Below are positions 58,198-64,000 of a stretch of DNA of 64,000 bases, piece by piece. Under the pieces are notes generated by a model. The model saw nothing but the letters and a program-made list of their open reading frames with translations. It was not told where the DNA came from and did no database searches. How positions within the stretch are numbered: the stretch's first letter is position 1; each line of letters begins with the position of its first letter. A program made the translations under genes and the position numbers. The stretch comes from Opitutales bacterium (GTDB taxonomy: Bacteria > Verrucomicrobiota > Verrucomicrobiia > Opitutales > Coraliomargaritaceae), in assembly GCA_018607135.1 (NCBI GenBank), contig JABBCA010000091.1:26798-90797 (forward strand), given 5' to 3'.

Positions 58198-59484
58198 ATG
58201 AAAAATAAAAACTACTTAAGCATATTACCTAATAAGCGTCTGAATACGAAAAGTATGATCAGCGCCGTAAGTGCAATTTGTGTAATGATGACGGCTACTG
58301 CATTAGCGCCAAGCGAAGTCAGCGCTGCTGGAACGAACAATGGTGATTATAGACACGTTCGCTTATACACACATGGTTTCCGTAATTCCAGTTTGTTTAC
58401 AGCAGAGCAGGAAACATTCCTTAGAGACCATTCAAGGCTACTGACGATTGAAAAACGTCACAATCAAGCTAATTATAGTGATGGTAATCGAGGAGAAGCC
58501 CAAACTAAGGCTCAAATGGATAGGCTTGCGAGCGCGGCTCCGAATACTCTAGGTCTTTTCTATTGGAACGTAATCTTGGACTGGAACTATCCTTTAGAAA
58601 GAGAGGACGGTAAGGTAATTGAAGATTACTATGAAGTTAAAACGCCATCGGCTTATTTGCTCAATACAGAATCGCTCGAGCCAAAAAAAAGTTGGAAAAC
58701 TCAGAAATATTTCAATCTGGGTAAATCAGCCGCACGAACTTGGTGGGTTCAAACCGCCAGAAGTGCAATTAACCGCCCAAACATAGACGGTATTTTTGTG
58801 GATGCCTTACCTAAGGCAGTCAGCATGGATTGGGAAGATTATGCCCTTGATATGTGCCGTAGGCTACCTGCGCAAAAGATACTCATCTACAACGGTTGCT
58901 ACGTAAATGATGCCAATGCTACCTTAGCATCACCAGCGAAGTTCCTTAAAGCAGACTATGACCCTGTTACCGGCGCAGACCGTAATGCGGGTATCGATGG
59001 TGTTTTCGTTGAAGCGTTCTTTTCAGGACCCTGTGATACTCGAGAAGAACGCGAGCGTTTGATTCGTAATTTACTCTACGATGTTCCTGCTAGTAAATAT
59101 ATCATTTGCAGAGGTAGCGAAGGGTCAGGAGTGAGTCTGGTAGATGGTAAATCGGTAAACCTTGATAGGAATTCTGCATTTAGGTTTGCTATGGCTAGCT
59201 ATTTATTGGTTTCAAATAATAAAACATATTTCATGTTTGGCGGCTATAATCCTGAAGTCGGTGAGAGTAGTTTTACCTGGCAATCAGAGTATGATAAAAT
59301 GCTCTGTGAACGTTATAAAAAACCGAGACCTGCGTATCAATCTCCCACGAATAGGTGGATATGGAAAAGACAATATCAATATTGTGAGGTTAAAGTGAAC
59401 CTAAACAATCCTCGGGGCTCTAGGATTTTCTGGACTGAAGAGGGAGTTGATAACCCAAAATGGACGAACGATATCAGAGATTAG
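58198..59484 (+). CDS. Secreted putative glycoside-hydrolase-like TIM-barrel protein (GHL15/GH114-like); function uncertain
   Basis: 428 aa with a signal peptide. IDGIFVDAL and IDGVFVEAF resemble motifs of hypothetical GH-like families, from memory. Confidence 0.55.
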   Translation: MKNKNYLSILPNKRLNTKSMISAVSAICVMMTATALAPSEVSAAGTNNGDYRHVRLYTHGFRNSSLFTAEQETFLRDHSRLLTIEKRHNQANYSDGNRGEAQTKAQMDRLASAAPNTLGLFYWNVILDWNYPLEREDGKVIEDYYEVKTPSAYLLNTESLEPKKSWKTQKYFNLGKSAARTWWVQTARSAINRPNIDGIFVDALPKAVSMDWEDYALDMCRRLPAQKILIYNGCYVNDANATLASPAKFLKADYDPVTGADRNAGIDGVFVEAFFSGPCDTREERERLIRNLLYDVPASKYIICRGSEGSGVSLVDGKSVNLDRNSAFRFAMASYLLVSNNKTYFMFGGYNPEVGESSFTWQSEYDKMLCERYKKPRPAYQSPTNRWIWKRQYQYCEVKVNLNNPRGSRIFWTEEGVDNPKWTNDIRD

Positions 59485-59704
59485 TTGAAACGTAATCTTA
59501 GTGTTAGCCATTCGTTATTTGATGAAAAAGGCGCTCTTGGTATCATGAGGTTATTGATGATCTTAATCATCTGATAAGCTGCAGAGTTACGTGGCAGCCT
59601 AATGGTGTCATTTGTCTAAATTTGAAGGCTCAACAATCTTCTTTTCGATGGGGTTTTCGTATTACAGTCTGAAATGCGGAAACCCCATTTTCTTTAATTG
59701 ATCT

Positions 59705-61003
59705 ATGAAACATTCAATTCTAAAGCTTTCGTTTTTTTTGGCTTTCAGCTTTATTTGTGGTTTTTTCACTAGGGGGTGGTTTATTACGGATGACAGTGTG
59801 TCTCCAAAGTTGAATTCATCTGAGTTTTCTACACTAAAGTCCGCTCAAACACGTGATGAGTCAGAGTCGCTCATAATGGAGGAAACTGCGGATGATTTAA
59901 CCCATAAGCCTTACCACGGGGTTGCAGTTGTTATTGACACAGTCGACAGTCCCTCACCGATGACTCAAATTGAGGCTGCGCTGGTCGGTCGTCGCGATCC
60001 AGATACTGCGTATGCATTATTGCTAAAGTATAAACACGTGCTTTCCACTGAAGATTACGAATCCAAGCTCGCAGATATACTCTCCGCATGGGCGCGTGAC
60101 GATCCTGCTTTAGCCAATCGCCATATCGGAGAATTGACATCACCTATGCGGATAGAATCGGTCTATCGCTCAATCGCGTCTGGTCTTGCGACTCAAGATA
60201 TAAAAGATGCCTTTGCGTGGTTGCAGTCGCCGACAGCAGAACAATTTTCTGACTCGTTGCTACTCGATTGCTACAGCATAATTATGTATCAGTATTCGGA
60301 GCTCAACCCAGTGGGTGCAGCTGAAGTTTTAGCACAGCTCGATTCAGTAACTATTCAAATGGAATTAATTTATCCAATTCTCGATAATTACGCGAAACAG
60401 GATTTTGATGCTGCACTGAATTGGGTATTAGACCTTGATACGTTTGGAATTAAATCGGTTGGAATTAGTGAACTCTTACTGAATCAGCACCGCTTGGACG
60501 AAGTGCAGACATTGAATACGATCATTGAGAAGCAGGAAAATCTCGACGGTCAAACGCTCGCATCAGCTTTCAGTATTTTGAGTTCAACAGACCCGCCGGG
60601 AATGGCTGATAACCTATACTTAATCGCCGAGGATAAACAGTCAGAAGTGGCCCAAGCGTTTATTTCTGAATGGTTGAAAAGTGACCAAATAGCGGCCATG
60701 GCTTGGGTGATGGATCATGATAATAATGGTTCGGTCATTGATGGAGCAACTGAAGCGATCGTAAATGCGGCCTCATATTCTGAAACCGATGTTGCCTTTA
60801 CATGGGCCGAAAAGCTTAGTGATAGAGAAAAGCGAGTCTCGCTGATCTCCAAGGTAATAAGTAGTGCGAATGCGGATGGAGTGTATTATTTAAATGATAC
60901 ACTCCGTAAATATGACTTTTCAGAGAAGGATCGAAGTGCACTTTTTGAGAAGTTGAATGCTCGTATTGAAGAGAATACCAGCCCGTTAATCATCCCTGAT
61001 TAG
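59705..61003 (+). CDS. Hypothetical membrane-anchored helical-repeat protein
   Basis: 432-aa ORF with an N-terminal TM segment. The rest is predicted helical. No family recognised. Confidence 0.55.
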   Translation: MKHSILKLSFFLAFSFICGFFTRGWFITDDSVSPKLNSSEFSTLKSAQTRDESESLIMEETADDLTHKPYHGVAVVIDTVDSPSPMTQIEAALVGRRDPDTAYALLLKYKHVLSTEDYESKLADILSAWARDDPALANRHIGELTSPMRIESVYRSIASGLATQDIKDAFAWLQSPTAEQFSDSLLLDCYSIIMYQYSELNPVGAAEVLAQLDSVTIQMELIYPILDNYAKQDFDAALNWVLDLDTFGIKSVGISELLLNQHRLDEVQTLNTIIEKQENLDGQTLASAFSILSSTDPPGMADNLYLIAEDKQSEVAQAFISEWLKSDQIAAMAWVMDHDNNGSVIDGATEAIVNAASYSETDVAFTWAEKLSDREKRVSLISKVISSANADGVYYLNDTLRKYDFSEKDRSALFEKLNARIEENTSPLIIPD

Positions 61004-61214
61004 CGAGTATTGTGAAGTAGGGATAAAAAGGAAGAAACAGTCGAGGGGTAAAGGGGAGGCATTTTGTAATCCTTGCAACTTGCGAGGGCACTCATGATTT
61101 CTAGGTAGCCGATATGTCAGTGGGGCGACACTGCCCAGTGCCAGATGCTGGATTCTCGGATAGAAGCCGCCAGCAGCAATTGCCTTTAGCGTCCTGTTAG
61201 GTCAACTTTCAAGT

Positions 61215-61658
61215 ATGAGTGAAGACAATGTATATACCCTGACCCAGCCCAATGATCTGAACTGGAGACCGTCTAACCTGATGCAAATACCGAACGCGGA
61301 TATTCTTGGATCGCTAGCCTCGAACGCAATGGGAGCGAAGCTGTGGAGATTTCCGCCGATGAGTGCCAGCACGCTGCATCGGCATGTAACCTCAGAAGAA
61401 TTCTATTTCGTCCTCGAAGGAGTGGGGCGGATCCGTGTGGGCGAAGAGACATTAACCATCGAAAAGTATGGTAGCATCCATATTCCGCCTGAGCAGTTGA
61501 GGCAGGTTTTTAATGACACGGAGAGTGAGGTGCTGTGGTTGATGTTTGGCGCACCCGATGACGAAATTGTTCCCGCTGAAGGTGGTAATCCGAAAGACTT
61601 CTATCCTCTAGATCCTGTCCAGTTACCGCCAGAGCTCGATGGGGTTCAATGGCCTTAG
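61215..61658 (+). CDS. Cupin-domain protein
   Basis: 147 aa. HRHVTSEEFYFVLEGVG...GSIHIPP fits the two cupin motifs. Confidence 0.75.
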   Translation: MSEDNVYTLTQPNDLNWRPSNLMQIPNADILGSLASNAMGAKLWRFPPMSASTLHRHVTSEEFYFVLEGVGRIRVGEETLTIEKYGSIHIPPEQLRQVFNDTESEVLWLMFGAPDDEIVPAEGGNPKDFYPLDPVQLPPELDGVQWP

Positions 61659-61932
61659 TGTTGCTTTAACCCAAGCGATGTAAGCGTGCCTCCGAGCGAA
61701 GGCTGTTCGGCTTCTAAGTGTCCGTTAACTTCATTTGCTAGCTGTTGGTTACCCTCCCCCCCCCTAATGCTCCCCTATAAAAGATAGAAATCGTAGGTCC
61801 GAGGCCCTTGGTAGATGGATTTTTCTAGCGTTATTGGACGCTTATATTTGATTGCATGAAAAAATAATTATTAATAAAACCTAAAAATTAATCACGTATT
61901 TAGTTTCTTCACCCCCAATACATGCCCCCATC

Positions 61933-63672
61933 ATGAACATCATAATTGAAGTATCCCTATTCATCATCGCTGTCGTTGGTGTGATTACTCTAGGTATTTG
62001 GAAGAGTCGCGACGAAAACCTTTCGGGGGATCAAGGCGCGAGTGATTATTTCCTCGCAGGCCGTGGGCTTACTTGGTGGCTCGTTGGATTCTCGCTGATT
62101 GCCGCCAATATTTCGACCGAGCAATTCGTTGGTATGTCCGGCTCCTCGGCAAACTGGCTGGGTATGGCGATTGCTTCCTATGAGTGGATTGCGGCGATTA
62201 CTCTGATTGTTGTGGCGTTCTGGTTTCTCCCTAAATTTCTCAAAGCAGGTCTCTACACGATTCCCGAATTTTTGGAGTATCGTTTCGATGGGGTTGCGCG
62301 CCTCGCTATGGCGATTCCGGCGATCGTCACACTGGTGTTTGTGACGACTTCGTCCGTTATCTTCTCAGGTGCGAAATTCGTATCTGAGTATTACAACACA
62401 GTTCCTGTTCTGAATAGCCTAACAGCGATGTGTTGGCTCATCGCGATTTTCGCTGCGGTTTATGTATTTGTAGGTGGTCTGAAAGCCTGTGCGTGGACGG
62501 ACCTTATCTGGGGTGCGGCACTCATTGTCGGCGGTGCCATTGTCATGTTTTTGGCATTTTCTGTGCTCGCTGAAAAGCCTGCTGAAGAGCTCTTTTTAAC
62601 TAAAGTTGCCAACTCTGAAGCGACTGTGGAGATGATCGAAAACGCAGGTCCTTGGGAGCGGTTTATGCTGCTTAATGACGGTGTCGAAGGCGAGGCGGTG
62701 GTCCGCAATGGTCCCAATGGCTCTGGTGGTAAGGTGCACATGATTCGCCCGAAGGAAGACTCCGACATCCCTTGGACGGCTCTCTTGATCGGTCTCTGGA
62801 TACCTAACTTTTTCTACTGGGGTTTAAACCAGTATATCGTCCAGCGAACGCTCGGCTCCAAGTCACTCGCTGAAGGTCAGAAGGGAATCGTTTTTGCAGC
62901 TGCTTTGAAATTATTAATTCCATTCCTAGTCGTGATTCCCGGTATCTTGGCTTATAACTTGTTTAGTGGTGACTTGCTGAATACGAGCACGGGGGAATAC
63001 GACTATGACCGCGCGTTTCCGGTGTTGGTGCGTAATTTGATTCAGCCACTTCCATGGCTTTCATGGTTTGTGTTGGCAGCCCTATGTGGTGCGGTGATCA
63101 GCTCTCTAGCGTCGATGCTCAACTCCGCCTCTACGATCGCGACCATGGATTTGTATGCCAAGTTTACTGGGCAAAAAGATCCGGTAAAGCTGGTCAAGGT
63201 CGGTCGTAGTTTCGTCGTGCTCTTCGTGATTCTAGCGGGCCTTGTGGCTCCTGCTTTAGATAACTTTACCAGTATTTTTGCTTACATCCAAGAGTTCCAG
63301 GGCTTCATCTCCCCTGGTATCCTTGCGGTCTTTATCTTCGGTTTCTTTTCGCCCAAGACTCCACGCTACTTTGGTGCGGTGGGTATCGGCTTAAATGTGG
63401 TTTCATACGGAGCCTTCAAGTGGTTGATTGGTCCATGGCTTGTCTCCAAGGGCTGGTGGTATGCAGAACAGATCGCATTCCTCGATCGCATGGCGATCTG
63501 CTTCTTTATTGTGATCCTTGCGGGGATCCTCCTGACGCTCCTCAAGCCAATGCCAGCTCCAGTGGTGCTTCCAGAAAATAAGGAGATGAAACTGGAAACC
63601 TCGAAAGGTGCGCAAGTCGTCGGCATCGGCGTGGTTCTAGCAACAATCGCGCTCTACGCTTTCTTCTGGTAA
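61933..63672 (+). CDS. Sodium:solute symporter (SSS/SGLT family)
   Basis: 579 aa with 13-14 TM segments. DYFLAGRGLTWW and the GLNQYIVQR region are typical of SGLT-like transporters. Confidence 0.88.
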   Translation: MNIIIEVSLFIIAVVGVITLGIWKSRDENLSGDQGASDYFLAGRGLTWWLVGFSLIAANISTEQFVGMSGSSANWLGMAIASYEWIAAITLIVVAFWFLPKFLKAGLYTIPEFLEYRFDGVARLAMAIPAIVTLVFVTTSSVIFSGAKFVSEYYNTVPVLNSLTAMCWLIAIFAAVYVFVGGLKACAWTDLIWGAALIVGGAIVMFLAFSVLAEKPAEELFLTKVANSEATVEMIENAGPWERFMLLNDGVEGEAVVRNGPNGSGGKVHMIRPKEDSDIPWTALLIGLWIPNFFYWGLNQYIVQRTLGSKSLAEGQKGIVFAAALKLLIPFLVVIPGILAYNLFSGDLLNTSTGEYDYDRAFPVLVRNLIQPLPWLSWFVLAALCGAVISSLASMLNSASTIATMDLYAKFTGQKDPVKLVKVGRSFVVLFVILAGLVAPALDNFTSIFAYIQEFQGFISPGILAVFIFGFFSPKTPRYFGAVGIGLNVVSYGAFKWLIGPWLVSKGWWYAEQIAFLDRMAICFFIVILAGILLTLLKPMPAPVVLPENKEMKLETSKGAQVVGIGVVLATIALYAFFW

Positions 63673-64000
63673 GACTCTACACAAGTCCACGATTGAGGCC
63701 TCACTGAGAGGTGATGGCCTCGGTCGACCCAAAGATAGATGAGCGTTCTGGGACTCCGCTCTCAAGAAAGTCTTACTCATCAACTGTGCGAGTTTGACAA
63801 GCGATGACTGTTGAGGCGTTTCCACTGGCACGGCGCTGTGCGGGCGATTTCAGCTAAGGCCACCTCGCGACTACAACGGGTAATATTCAACCACAGATTG
63901 ACGGTTAATGCTTCGCCATCTTCGGCAGACCTATGTCACGCAATAAATACGAACTTAAGATAGCCATCATTTGTGTTTATCGGCTTTCGACTGTGGTTCT

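Noticed and set aside
63673-64000. Possible decayed AraC-family regulator on the minus strand downstream of the symporter. Pieces such as REVALAEIARTA and ETPQQSSLVKLAQLM appear in different frames.
   Set aside because: The similarity is short and spread over at least three frames with several stops, and it runs off the window edge. I cannot distinguish a multiply frameshifted pseudogene from chance without a database search.

Overview
This is a 64 kb chromosomal window. I call about 55 protein-coding genes, one tRNA-Gly(GCC), several strong intrinsic terminators and at least four decayed genes. There is no rRNA, no CRISPR array and no intact mobile element.

Gene content suggests a marine polysaccharide-degrading member of the PVC group (Verrucomicrobiota-like). 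The pointers are a Bat/MoxR operon, TIGR03790-like, DUF2851 and DUF2059 genes, GH29/GH10 enzymes, and starts that almost never carry a Shine-Dalgarno sequence. This lineage call is inference only.

Layout:
- 1-20.9 kb, housekeeping: batA/DUF4381/DUF58/moxR operon, a sigma-54 response regulator, tRNA-Gly, a DUF455+ATP-grasp fusion gene, gap-pgk-tpiA, infC, an amidase, cysC-cysD-cysN.
- 21.0-24.7 kb, a small accessory islet: three minus-strand genes transcribed away from a truncated integrase N-terminal fragment that carries an in-frame stop.
- 24.8-40.3 kb, housekeeping: DUF2059, cca, nadK, tlyA, mscS, PQQ sugar dehydrogenase, rsmJ, ampS, hemW, NYN, DUF2851, a BI-1-like protein, an aldo/keto reductase.
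- 40.7-64 kb, glycan-utilisation and accessory block: a 1011-aa multidomain GH10-like enzyme, GT32, MFS, DUF2254/DUF2945/topoisomerase IB, two GH29 fucosidases, an esterase, a GHL-like hydrolase, a cupin and an SSS symporter. An AT-rich islet and three decayed genes are interspersed.

I do not recognise a known defence or mobile system, and none of the candidates below is proven. The signals I consider most worth follow-up are:
1. Intergenic arrays of degenerate 6-, 7- and 8-nt tandem words, often in inverted pairs, at eight or more loci.
2. The integrase-fragment islet, including a 23-nt motif shared by the 3' ends of two neighbouring genes independently of reading frame.
3. A 738-aa fusion of a ferritin-like diiron (DUF455) domain with an ATP-grasp-like domain.
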